A stretch of DNA of 64,000 nt, from assembly GCF_006345805.1 (NCBI RefSeq), contig NC_043000.1, forward strand, positions 108,438,001 through 108,502,000, read 5' to 3'. Both the position numbers and the translations under genes were made by a program. Shown one piece after another: positions 1 through 11,699 of the stretch (position 1 is the first letter of the stretch; each line of letters begins with the position of its first letter). Below the pieces are notes generated by a model. It made no database searches. It saw only the letters and a list, made by a program, of their open reading frames with translations, and was not told where the DNA came from. Source of the DNA: Octopus sinensis. Its lineage: Eukaryota.

Positions 1-96
1 ACATACATACATGTATATATTCGCACGCACATACACACACACATGCACACGCACGTACGCACATACATACATACATACATAAATACATACATACAG

Positions 97-1112
97 ACTG
101 CTAAACAACAGCAGCAAAAATAAATATATTAATGCAATGCTGAAAAGTGAAGTGACCAACTTCGTACGAGTTGGCAGTGAACTCCTCAAGAAACACTCTC
201 TTCCTGATGACCTCCTATACAGCCCCAAAACAGCTGGGCTCTCTTACCTCAGGGAAGACCTGGATGGAAAACACTCAGTATTCAAAAGAAGGACCATGCA
301 TGGGTATGTTGCCCGGAAGCTTGAAGAAAACAGTAGAATTGACACGAAGCGCAGCATCTCTTGGACACAAGACCACTACATCACATCACACTTGAAAGCT
401 ATGTGTTTGCCATATAGGAACAGGAAATTGACACAAAGTACCTGGTGAACAAGAGAGACAGTGATGCTCTTGTAATCCCAAGGTACAATCGCACGTGTAG
501 GCTATGTCATGTCTCTGTGGGAGACATTATGCATGTGATTAGCAGCTGGCCTAAAATGTCGTCACGGTTCTACCCGCCTATGCGGCACGATGTTGTTGCT
601 AAAACAATTTACAATGCCATCCGCAAAGAAAGACTGTCCTGAAATAAACTTAGAAAATCCCTCTGTTATGGAATACATTCATAAACATTAACTCAAGGAA
701 TACTGGTGGAATATTCCCATCAAAACTTCTGTCAAATGCAAACATAACAGGCCAGATATTGTTGTTTGGGACAGAGGTACAAAGGTATGTACCATCATAT
801 CTCTTTGAAATCAAAGGAAAAGAGGATATCTATGGACAACTGCTTCGAAACCTCCAGGTTCTATATCCAGACTATGAATTCATATTCATACCAATAATAA
901 TTGGAGTACTAGGTTTTGTTAGTAAATGCTTAAAGGAGAATCTAGCTAACTGAGATTTTCAGAAAGAGAATTTGACTGGATGATTCATACATTACAAGAG
1001 CAATCTGTGAGTGGAGTGATAAAAATATGCAAGACTTTTCTCAAGTTCCAAATGTGAATTTGTCCGTGTTAACTTCATCCCAAAGATGGAGTTTCGTATC
1101 TTTGTTGGAAAG
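97..1112 (+). mobile_element. 5'-truncated RLE-type non-LTR retrotransposon (R4/Dong-like), C-terminal region
   Basis: Frameshifted coding remnants: degenerate CCHC finger CRLCHVSVGDIMHVISSW, RHD motif, EYWWNIPIKTSVKCKHNRPDIVVWD (PD..D nuclease), IPIIIGVLG, C-terminal VIKICKTFLKF. Flanked on both sides by (ACAT)n. Confidence 0.85.
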
Positions 1113-1350
1113 ATACATACATACATACATACATACATGCATACATGCATGCATACATACATGCATACAAGCATGCATACATACATACATACATACATAC
1201 ATACATACATACATACATACATACATACATACATACATACATACATGCATGCATACATACATGCATATGCATACATACATACATACATGCATACATACAT
1301 ACATACATACATACATACATACATACATACATACATACATACGTACATAC
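1113..1350. repeat. (TACA)n microsatellite
   Basis: Direct tandem tetranucleotide with TGCA variants. Confidence 0.95.
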
Positions 1351-1680
1351 ATAGAATGATATTCAGGTAGAGACTGATATGTGTTCACATACATACATGT
1401 ATATATTAAAATATTTATATACATTTATTAAATATATACTGTTTCTGACACCAGCATTGTAGTAAGCGATCCAGTATTTTGTCATAAACACACGCACACA
1501 TTATCACGTCTATTTGTAGATGCAGAACACCATTTTCCTATGTATACTTTCATGATTTAAGCACCCCTCATATACACAGTCATCTATCTATCTGTCTATC
1601 TATCTAATTATCTATCTATCTATATGTCTTTCTGGATGTCTGGATATATGTATGTATGAATGTATTTATGTATGAATTTA

Positions 1681-1908
1681 GGCGGCGAGCTGACAGAAAC
1701 GTTAGCACGCCGGGCGAAATGCGTAGACGTATTTCGTCCGCCGTTACGTCCTGGGTTCAAATTCCGCCGAGGTCGACTTTGCCTTTCACCCTTTCGGGGT
1801 CGATAAATTAAGTACCAGTTACGCACTGGGGTCGATGTAATCGACTTAATCCGTTTGTCTGTCCATGTTTGTCCCCTCTGTGTTTAGCTCCTTGTGGGTA
1901 GTAAAAAA
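1681..1908 (+). mobile_element. tRNA-derived SINE family A (tail type 1)
   Basis: A-box-like TGACAGAAACGTTAG, B-box GGTTCAAATTCC, conserved core GTCGACTTTGCCTTTCA.CCTTTCGGGGTCGATAAA; about 15 related copies in the window. Confidence 0.9.
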
Positions 1909-1941
<33 letters not shown>

Positions 1942-2270
1942 TGTATGTATGTATGTATGTATGTATAAATCTGAAACTGAGAACAGCGGTGAAGTGACTC
2001 CTGAGTTTTGAATGTTTACACTCCACTATATGAGCTGAGTACGTTTTCTCCTATTTTTATACACAACAATTATATGTGTGTGTGTTGGCGTATAATGAAA
2101 TAATAGTATATATTTCATTGGAAGTTAAACACTGCATATAATTAAAACATTGCAATAGTAAACTATCATAAAATTAGTTAAATATCAAAGAAAACAAAAT
2201 GTAATCAATACCAGCAGAAAATAAACCTAAACTAAAAAATTGCATATAGGAAAGAAGCGAATCCTGTTAC

Positions 2271-2391
2271 CTGAACGGCAGATGGTGATGGAGTTTATTG
2301 CCTTTTGTGACATATAGCAACAAACCAACAACAGTTGCATTCATACAGAAAAACCTGTAATATTTTCTACATACATTTCTTACTGAACTTG
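2271..2391 (-). CDS. Candidate internal exon, unidentified hydrophobic protein (SSVRNVCRKYYRFFCMNATVVGLLLYVTKGNKLHHHLPF)
   Basis: Acceptor tctagtttcctttgcag, donor cag|gtaaca, open frame, phase 1 to 2; phase-compatible with the candidate exon at 8367-8452. Confidence 0.35.
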
Positions 2392-2561
2392 CTGCAAAGG
2401 AAACTAGATTGAAATTAACCTTTCAGCAGGAATTGAACGAAAAAATAAAAACAACAAACCAAAAAGAGAGAAATTATCGAAGCAAAATAAATAAACTCTC
2501 AGAGAAATTTGAAATCAAATCCCATCCAACAACAAGTCTGAAGCAATGTTAATAGAATAAT
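2356..2561 (+). repeat. 206-bp direct duplication, copy 1
   Basis: Near-identical to 4368-4573. Confidence 0.95.
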
Positions 2562-2939
2562 CAATATTATTTTCAATGTAAAAATCTCTAAATGAGCGGA
2601 TTTCTCGTTTCACCTATGAGATCTTGAAAGCCTATAGCAACATTTCATTATGCCAGTAGATATATCAAAGTGTATTCATAAACACCTACATACTCTTTAT
2701 AGATATGTAGAAAACGTAGAATAAATTACTTCAATGGAAATCATCTTCAGCTAAAAGTCCATAGCAACAACTGCAATAACGACAGCAACAATAAGCGGTA
2801 TTACTCTATATTTTCTGTTTTTTAGGTGTAAATATATTCATGTTGTTTCATGTTTCTTTGAATTCCATCTTTTATGCTGTGTTCTTTTTTTTTCAATTTT
2901 GGATTCAGCTATGGAATTTGCTAATAGGTGTACAATCAT

Positions 2940-2986
<47 letters not shown>

Positions 2987-3139
2987 ACACACACAAACAT
3001 ACGCACACATAAACACACACGCACACAGACATCTATCTATCTATCTATCTATCAATTTATATGAATGTGTGTGTGTGTGTGTGTGTGTCTTTGTATGTTT
3101 ATGTTTTAACAAACGTTACTTGAAACTGTAACGATATTT

Positions 3140-3632
3140 CAAAAACGATTTTCATGTACCTGGTACACCCGTCTAATAAGGGGACACTAGGCATACGCAT
3201 CACAACCATATGTGCGTGACCTGATCATCTCATATTAAGATAAACAACGCATGACCTTACAGATGAGGCCCAATTAGAAATTTCTTCAGATCGAGTAGCC
3301 ATCCTGATCAAGAAGTTTCTGAATAAGGGTTGTTTAAAGATGATGAACAAAATACCCATGATTCCAAAGGTGAATTATTCAAACCCCAAAGAATTCATCC
3401 CAACACATGGTGATAATGCTCCCCCACTGCTCCTACTCGTCAGCCGCTACATACAGCCACTAAAGGTCATGCTCAACTGGTTAAGGTCAAGCAACTTACA
3501 AGCAAATCTGCGTTATCGAGCAGAGTATTTGTTGTAACCCATGTTTTACACCAAGACAAAACATGTACCTGACAGTACATCCAATCAGTTAAAGTCAGAA
3601 GCCATGAGAGCCACTGCCTGGTATTGCATCTG
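3140..3632 (+). mobile_element. Unclassified interspersed repeat with a simple-repeat tail
   Basis: Homologous segments at 46535-46750 and 52885-53098 (e.g. gataaacaacgca, gaataagggttgttta, gctcaactggttaaggtcaa, gccactgcctg); ends in (TTA/TAA)n-like sequence. Confidence 0.75.
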
Positions 3633-3706
3633 AGTATTTTTTGTTGTTATTATTGTTGTTGTTGTTATTATTATTATTATTGGTGGTGGTAGTGTTGTTG
3701 TTGTTA

Positions 3707-3920
3707 AAGCGGCGATCTGGCAGAATCGTTATTCCACAGGGCAAAATGCTCAGCGGTATTTCGTCTGCCGCTACGCTCTGAGTTCAGATTCCGGCGAGGT
3801 CGACTTTGCCTTTCATCCTTTCGGGGTCGATTAAATAAGTACCAGTTACGCACTGAGATCGATGTAAACGACTTAATTCCTTCCCCCAAATTTGAGGCCT
3901 TGTGCTTCCAGTAGAAAGGA
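3707..3920 (+). mobile_element. SINE family A (tail type 2)
   Basis: Same head and core as 1681; tail cccccaaatttgaggccttgtgc..gtagaaagga then (TTA)n. Confidence 0.9.
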
Positions 3921-3932
3921 TTATTATTATTA

Positions 3933-4000
<68 letters not shown>

Positions 4001-4003
<3 letters not shown>

Positions 4004-4353
4004 TAGTTTTATTTTTATAGCGTACTTTCACTTCACTACCGAGCGCAGCTCTGTGTGTGCTTTGGGTATGTGTTGTGATTTGTTGTGATGCTCTGATGGT
4101 TATTGTATGGAAAGTGTTCTGTTGATGTGTGTGCAGTGCCCAGTAGTGCAATTTTCTGTATGTTATTATGTTTTGTAAGTCCTGGTGTTTTTGTTATGTA
4201 TTTGTCTGAATATTTTTTATCATGCCTAATGCACCTACTATGATAGGAATTGTTTCTGTTTTTAGATTCCACATTCTGGTTTACCTCTATTTCCAGGTCT
4301 TTGTATTTTGAAAGTTTCTCCATTTCTTTTAGAGACACGTTGTCATCTGCTGG
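4001..4353 (-). mobile_element. 3' end of RLE-type non-LTR retrotransposon (R4/Dong-like)
   Basis: KEMEKLSKYKDLEIEV ... IQKIALLGTAH C-terminal signature, short 3' UTR, ends against (TAA)n at 3921-4000. Confidence 0.85.
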
Positions 4354-4367
4354 TAATATTTTCTACA

Positions 4368-4573
4368 TGTAATATTTTCTACATACATTTCTTACTGAAC
4401 TTGCTGCAAAGGAAACTAGATTGAAATTAACCTTTCAGCAGGAATTGAACGAAAAAATAAAAACAACAAACCAAAAAAAGAGAAATTATAGAAGCAAAAT
4501 AAATAAACTCTCAGAGAAATTTGAAATCAAATCCCATCCAACAACAAGTCTGAAGCAATGTTAATAGAATAAT
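4368..4573 (+). repeat. 206-bp direct duplication, copy 2
   Basis: Near-identical to 2356-2561; separated from the truncated 5' end of the RLE element only by a 15-nt partial repeat (taatattttctacat). Confidence 0.95.
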
Positions 4574-4616
4574 TAGAAAGCATTTTTTTTCTTCATGATC
4601 TCTGACAACTATATCA

Positions 4617-4828
4617 AGGCGAGCTTGGCAAAATCGTTAGCCTGCCGGCCAAAATGCTCCGCGGCATTTCGTCCGTTCTTATGTTCTGAGTTTAAATTCT
4701 GCTGTGGTTGACTTTGCTTTTCATTCTCTCGGGGGTCGATAAAAATAAGCACCGATTGAGTACTGAGGTCGATGTAATCAACTTAACCCCTTCCCCGAAA
4801 TTGCTGGTCTTGTGCCAAAATTTGAAAT
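4617..4828 (+). mobile_element. SINE family A (tail type 3)
   Basis: Diverged head and core; tail ccccttccccgaaattgctggtcttgtgccaaaatttgaaa. Confidence 0.85.
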
Positions 4829-4958
4829 GATTATTATTATTATTATTATTAGTCATGTATTTATTCATATTTTTTTTTTATTCTTTTATTTATATGACCC
4901 TTTATCTTTTCCTCCTCCCATAAGGTTCCATCTTTTATTTTTCTTCCATTCTCACACC

Positions 4959-5130
4959 TACGAGATGTGTTCAAAACGTATCCGCTCTTTGGGCATAAGA
5001 AAAGCGATTGTGTACATTCCACATATTTTGTTTTATCAGCTTAAAAATAAAAACAAAAATACCCTCCCTTGAGTGTTCACACACTTCTCCACTCGGTTCA
5101 GCCACTGCTGGTAACACTTCTGAACCGCCT
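4959..5130 (-). mobile_element. mariner 3'-terminal remnant
   Basis: TA plus ITR-like cgagatgtgttcaaaacgtatccg; minus strand encodes QKCYQQWLNRVEKCVNTQG, a mariner C-terminus. Confidence 0.7.
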
Positions 5131-5699
5131 TTGCATGTATATATGTATGTATGCATTTTATTATACATTCAAATATATGTGTACGTTTGTGTGCGTGCGT
5201 GTGCGTTTACGTGTGTGAGAGCGCGTCCGTTGTATGATGATTTAGCTAGATGACGTAACCAGTGAGGAATATCCAACATAGAGTTGAATGTTAACCCTCT
5301 GGTGTGTAAAAGCTACTGAATGAGTCGTGGGCGATTTAAATCAAAGGTTTTCTTCATTCACAAGAGAAAAGAAAATGGAGTCATTTGTGACAAGTAAATA
5401 CGATTTTACCCCGCCTAATGTATTATACAAAAACCTTTGTTCCTCTCCAATTCCCAATGAACACTGACACTAATTAACTGTCATTTCCCTCATTCTGTCT
5501 CCTCTTCCTCCGCAATCTCTTACTTCGGCTTCTCCTCCTCCTACCACTATCAAATCTGCAAATCCTACTTCATCTAATATATTGAGTCTATCCTACGCTC
5601 AAAATTCATAGTCTGGTCATCCATATTAAGTATAGTATCATTTTATCATTCACGTATGCAATTTATTTTTGCCAACTGTCTTCCATTCCGTAGAATATA

Positions 5700-5702
5700 T
5701 AT

Positions 5703-5761
<59 letters not shown>

Positions 5762-5787
5762 CACATATATATATATATATAACTTTA

Positions 5788-5871
<84 letters not shown>

Positions 5872-6020
5872 TATACATAAATACATATATATACATACAT
5901 ATATATATATATATATATACATATATGCATACATATATATATACATATATATATATACATACATGCATACACACACACACATACACACATACATACACAC
6001 ATATATATATATATATACAC
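5700..6020. repeat. (TA)n / (TACA)n compound microsatellite
   Basis: Direct observation. Confidence 0.95.
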
Positions 6021-6099
6021 ACACACAGAGTGCAGTGAATGAATTGTCAAAATTATGCGAAAATGAAAATAAAACTAATATCTCATTTTACCAAAATTA

Positions 6100-7382
6100 C
6101 GAGGGACGTTCAATAAGTAATGCCTCTGACCCACTTGCAGTTGTTTGATCTAGCTGAATCATTGATCATTTATATCTCTATAGAGTAAGTGGCAAATTAC
6201 AGCTCTAAATTAATTGTGGTTTCTGATTTACAGGAGTTTGAACCGAGTCAAGTGTGAAATGGAGCCTGTTGAGTGTCGAGCAGTGATCCGGTTTTTGTAT
6301 TTGAAAGGACGCACACCACGGGAGACTTTTGATGAAATGAAAGTAACTTATGGTGATGATGCCCCATCATATGACCTTGTAAAACGCTGGCATCGTGAAT
6401 TCAAACATGGTCGGAACTCTGTGGAAACAGCTCCCAGATCTGGTCGCCCCCTTCTGCCATTGATGAGGCATCTGTCCGTCAAGTTGAGGCTGCCATTTTG
6501 GAAGATCGACGCATAATTATTCGCCAAATAGCCCATGAGGTCAAGATTAGTACCGGGTCTGTGGAAACTATCATTCATGACCATTTGCATATGCAAAAGG
6601 TGTCTGCCAGATGGATTCCCAGGTTGCTCACGCCTTTCCAGAAGCAAGAACGCGTCGAGTGCTCGAGGGTGAATTTGGAGATGTGCCAAGAAGATGAGTC
6701 AAAATTTTTCAAAAGACTGATTACACAGGATGAAACCTGGGTCCATCACGATGATCCAGAGACCAAAGCCCAGTCAATGCAGTGGAAGCACCGTGACTCA
6801 CCCCCTCCAAAGAAGGAAAGGGTGCAGCCCTCCGCTGGCAAGGTCATGCTTACAGTCTTCTGGGACCAGGACGGAGTAGTGATGACAGATTTCCTGGCAA
6901 AGGGTACCACAATTGCAGGAGCCTATTATGCTTCACTTTTGAGGAAATTAAGAGAAGTTATCAAAATCAAGAGGCGGGGCAAGATCAGCAAAGACATCCT
7001 CCTCCTGCAGGACAACGCTCCGGTCCACAACTCGCATGTCGCCAGATCAGAAGCACAGGCGTATGGCTATGAACTCCTCCCCATCCCCCCTACTTTCCTG
7101 ACCTTGCACCCTCTGATTTTCACCTCTTCCCAATCATGAAGTTGTTTTTGAAAGGAAAGCGTTTCCCAGATGGTGCAGCCTTGATTTCTGAAGTCACGTT
7201 GAGGTTGGAGGACCAAGCTGGGTTCTTCTACAAAAACGGTCTCCAGAGCCGCATCAAACGATGGGAGAAATGCGTGACTCTGGGTGGTTCCTATGTAGAA
7301 AAAGACTAATAACTGTGCCAAGTTTCGTTGCTCTACTGCTATGGGAAGTGGGTCAGGGGCATTACTTATTGAACGCCCCTCG
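6100..7382 (+). mobile_element. Full-length mariner (irritans/Bytmar1-like), 1283 bp
   Basis: 37-bp ITRs CGAGGG(A/G)CGTTCAATAAGTAATGCC(T/C)CTGACCCACTT with 2 mismatches; TA target duplication at 6098-6099 and 7383-7384. Confidence 0.97.
6259..7309 (+). pseudogene. mariner DD34D transposase with two frameshifts
   Basis: MEPVECRAVIRFL, RSGRP, WIPRLL, TQDETW, QDNAP, HPPYFPDLAPSDFHLF, WEKCVTLGGSYVEKD*. Frameshifts near 6450 and 7080. Confidence 0.95.
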
Positions 7383-8366
7383 TACATGAAAGTATCTTGA
7401 AATACTAAAGAGTAAATTTATTCAATAAAATCACTATTGGCTTCAACCACAGCCTCCAGACGACTTCAGAATCTCCTGCAACTCTTTTGGTCGGTTTCCT
7501 TGTTTAAGTTGGTGAATGCTGCCATAATCCTTGCCTTCAATTCGTCTTTGGTATTACAAAGAGTTTTGTTGGTCTCTCGCTCAGCTGTGCCCCACACATA
7601 ATAATCAAGGGGGTTGCAATCTGGGGACTTAGGCGGTCAGATGTTAGGTATGATGTGGTCGCAGAAATTATCTGACAGCCATGTTTGTGATGCATGGTGC
7701 AGAATTCTGTCGTCAGATATAGGGTCTTCCAGCAGTCACCCTCCTGATCCAGGACAGTACTACCTCCTCCAGGCACTTGATGTTGGCCTGCGTGTTGAGT
7801 GTGAGGCCGGGCCGTGTGGGAAGCTGAATAGAGGCATCACTCTCGGTACATGTTTTGGGCACTCAAATTCACACCCAACACTCTGAAATGTTCGTATTGG
7901 AGCTTCCGGCACAAATGTCTAGCAGTACAGTATGTCATTCCAAATTTCTGGCAGAGTGAATTGCGTCATGGTGTTTTTTTCTCACAAACGGTGCCCAACT
8001 GACCCTTCTATACTGTGTAATCGACAAAATCAAAACCAAACAATGCCTATGCACGAAATTAAAAATATAACATGGCGACAAATATCAAAGATGAAAACAC
8101 ATCGCAGATAGACGAAATGTGAAAACTGCCCCTCAGCAGCTTTCCTTCAAGGTAATTCTCATGGTTTCGACGCCTGATGATAGAACGTTGATAATTTCCG
8201 GATACGGTGTACAGGGGTGATACTGTGAAGAGTTAATTTTAACGACAGGAACAGAATCAGGCACTGAAGTCCTAACACACAGCGCATGAAAATATATCAA
8301 TAAGTATTAGTGATGCGAACCAAAACAACACAAAGGTCACACGAAAAAATATATAGTTAAACTTAC

Positions 8367-8452
8367 CAACTAGGAGAGAACAAAGGACAGAGAGAAGACA
8401 TAAAAATTTGCCTTTTTTAACCAAAGGAAGACACTTGTACAGAGCTCTGATG
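8367..8452 (-). CDS. Candidate internal exon (IRALYKCLPLVKKGKFLCLLSVLCSLLV)
   Basis: Acceptor tttaatcttttcttcag, donor gttg|gtaagt, open frame, phase 2 to 1. Confidence 0.35.
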
Positions 8453-8679
8453 CTGAAGAAAAGATTAAACAGAGAACATTACATTGGAGCAACATTGCGA
8501 AGTGAGAAAAGGATGTACTCTCTAGACAAGCTAAAATGATTTATACAAATGTGTGTGTGCTCATATGAGGTGGAAGTGTGCTTAATACATATGTAAATAC
8601 ACAAATGTGGTTTATAAATATATTTACATATATATATATGTACACGTACATATGCGTACGCACACATGTACAGTCATAA

Positions 8680-8935
<256 letters not shown>

Positions 8936-10104
8936 GCTTGAATAGATAAAGAGAAAAGCAAATAGGTAAATACCAGATCGATAGACGTATAGAAAGTAGA
9001 TAGTTATACAAGTAGAAAGATACATTGACAGATGGAGAGATAGAAAGATAGAAGGAAGATAAATGGATAAACAAAGACAGCTAATTTGATAAAAAGATAG
9101 ACTGACATAATTCTAGATAGATAACTGTAAGTTCTTCAACAGAGTGAAAGTTCTTCAACAATCAACGTTTCTGATTGTTTATTTATTTATTTGTTTATTT
9201 GTTTATTAAGTTATTTGTTTGTTGCTTATTTTTGCTGCGAGCATGTCTTGAATAAAATATCTTTAAAACCTATAACGAAATGCATTCAAGATGACAAACG
9301 AAATACAAATGAACAATACAAAACCTAGCTCTTTCAGTGTCAACAAAGTTTCGACATTATAAATATATTCATAAATAGATATTAATGTGCTTGTCTATGT
9401 AAATCTATATATGTGTGTGCATGCGCGTGTTTGTATGTGTATGTGCCTCTGTGTGTATGTTTGTATGTGCACGCAAGCGCACGTATATGTTGCAGAGACA
9501 TTGGTCATGAATATGTATGTCTTTCTAACTTTCCTTTTAGTTTCCTTATTGTTACATACACATAAATGCATGACCGTATTTGTAACTAAATGTGCGTGTA
9601 TATACAGTACTGGAAACATTATTATGGATTTTTGAAATTTTTGGTATTTCTATATAAAGAGGCAAATAAACAAAATTTATGTATTGGCAGATGATTTATT
9701 TCCTATTATTTACGCAGAACTGGTATTTCAATAATTAGTTTGTCCTCCTATAGCAGAATTAAGGGCTTGTGCACATCGAGGCATTCCACAAACTTGTATT
9801 CTGCACAAATCTTTGATTCTGTCCGAATGGAACCAAACTTAATAAGGAGGCATTTGTTTGTAATAGGAGATTGTTATATTTCATCTTTCAACAGAAAGGC
9901 GAGGTGAGGGTCTACGTACAATTGCGGGACCCCCAGCTTTCGTGGACGAACCACCCGTCCAGGTGGAACGCCTTCGCGCTACTCTGTATCGACAGACACC
10001 ACGACAACGACCGTACCTAAACGATCGGTGTATTTCGGTGGAGCGGTGCCACCGGGGCCGCCGGGTAGCCGTACTGTTCCGGGATCGACGCCGATGCGGA
10101 TCTA

Positions 10105-10447
10105 GGCGCAGGAGTGGCTGTATGGTAAGTAGCTTGCTTACCAATCACATGGTTCCGAGTTCATTCCCACTGCGTGGCACCTTGGGCAAGTGTCTTCTAC
10201 TATAGCCTTGGGCCGATCAAAGCCTCGTGACTGGATTTGGTAGATGTTTGTGTGTCAGTGTTTGTCTCCCACCATCACTTGACAACCGATGGTGGTGTGT
10301 TTACGTCCCCGCCACTTAGCGGTTCAGCAAAAGAGAGCGATAAAATAAGGGCTAGGCTTTCAAAAACTAAGTCCTGGGGTCGATTTGCTCGACTAAAGGC
10401 GGTGCTCCAGCATGGCCGCAGTCAAATAACTGAAACAAGTAAAAGAG
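10105..10447 (+). mobile_element. tRNA-derived SINE family B
   Basis: Head ggcgcaggagtggctgtatggtaag, core ggcaccttgggcaagtgtcttctactatagcc, tail ggcggtgctccagcatggccgcagtc..ctgaaacaagtaaaaga. Confidence 0.9.
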
Positions 10448-10516
10448 AAAGAGAGAGAGAGAGACAGAGAGAGAGAGACAGAGAGAGAGAGACAGAGAGA
10501 GACAGAGACAGAGACA

Positions 10517-11660
10517 CTATAGGCTCTCAATTGGATTCATGTCAGGTGAATTTCCTGGCATTTTCGACGAACCATATCTTTGATTTTGCTGTTTGACATG
10601 GTGCTAAGTCCTGTTGGAATATCCAAAGCCTGTCTCCATAACATTCTAAGTACCTTTATGTAGTTCTCTTTGTTCATAGAACCTTCAATTATTTTCAGGC
10701 AACTAGTTCCATGGGCAAAAATTTTCCCCCAAATCATAATCTTCTGTGAAAATTTAAGTGTTTTTCGAAGACAACCCGGACGAAACTCCTCACCAAGCCT
10801 CCTTCTCACACTTTGCACCCGATCGTCGATCACTGCTATAGTGGATTCATTCGAAAACACCACCAGCAACAATTGAAAACCATATTTGATTAAAAGGACA
10901 TCCAGAATAAGTTATTGTTTCAGTCTATGAAAATCAGAAATTAATAGCTATTTTTAAATAACCCCTTATAAAGCTGGTTTGATGACTGAAATCAATGGTA
11001 ACACCTTATTTTTTTAATGCCTACAATTGGCTAAAAATGGTAACATTTTATTTTATCAATAATATCATATTCTATCATGGATACAAAACATAAAGACTCT
11101 AATCCACTATTTTAGATATCCTTACCTGCTCCCATTGCTCAGAAGTCCTTGCAATAATGATGTTTAGCCCATGCATGATTTTTTCCTTGGATGATATGCG
11201 TGTAATTCACCTTCCAAAAGTCTGTTGTTAATTGTTCTTCGATGCACTGTGATGTTCTCTTCATGGGAAATCTTACTTCAAGATACTCTATTGACAGAAA
11301 TTCTTTTTATTTTTTATCAATTCTAGGGGTTGTTACTTATTTCCTACCACAGTTACCAACCCTTTTGCCATCAAATCCTCGTTCTTTTCCATTTTTTTCT
11401 TAAGTGCACTAACTGTCTGAGTTGAAACATTTAATTTCCTTGTAAATTTCTCTCTGTTTAACTGAGATAGCCTTCAAATGCATTTCTATTTGTCCGGTTT
11501 TATGGGGACTAAGATTTCTTTATTTACCCACCTCGGCCTGGAATTGAAATAACACGTTTTTCACACCTTAAGTGCAACTTGCTACATGAATTTGTAAATT
11601 ATACAACACATGGTAACCAAAAAGTCATTAGAACACAAATAAGCACTCTAAACTGACCAC
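10517..11660 (-). mobile_element. Degraded Tc1 (DD34E-type, Minos-like) transposon with an intron-like interruption
   Basis: Remnants GRK*VTTPRIDKK, AYHPRKK, AWAKHH..TSEQWEQ | VVFSNES..VRRRLGEEFRPGCLRKTLKF..IMIWG, GNSPDMNPIESL. Confidence 0.85.
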
Positions 11661-11699
11661 TACTCGACTAAAACTGAAAGAAACGTGGGCTGCAGCAGC

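Larger units (their letters stand above)
6026..8083 (-). mobile_element. Internally deleted Tc1/mariner element of DD37D (maT)-like type, interrupted by a mariner
   Basis: ITR-like cagagtgcagtgaatgaattgtc at 6026. Minus strand encodes an N-terminus MTQFTLPEIW and a C-terminus PPKSPDCNPLDYYVWG...KDELKARI...SRLEAVVEANSDFIE. The 3' UTR is continuous across the 6100-7382 insertion. Confidence 0.7.

Noticed and set aside
992-1424. Long ORFs such as (MYVC)n, (HTYI)n, (YI)n, (IYLS)n here and throughout the window
   Set aside because: They are translations of microsatellites that lack stop codons, not genes.
1681-1770. tRNA gene
   Set aside because: A/B boxes belong to SINE heads; there is no full cloverleaf and they continue into SINE core and tail.
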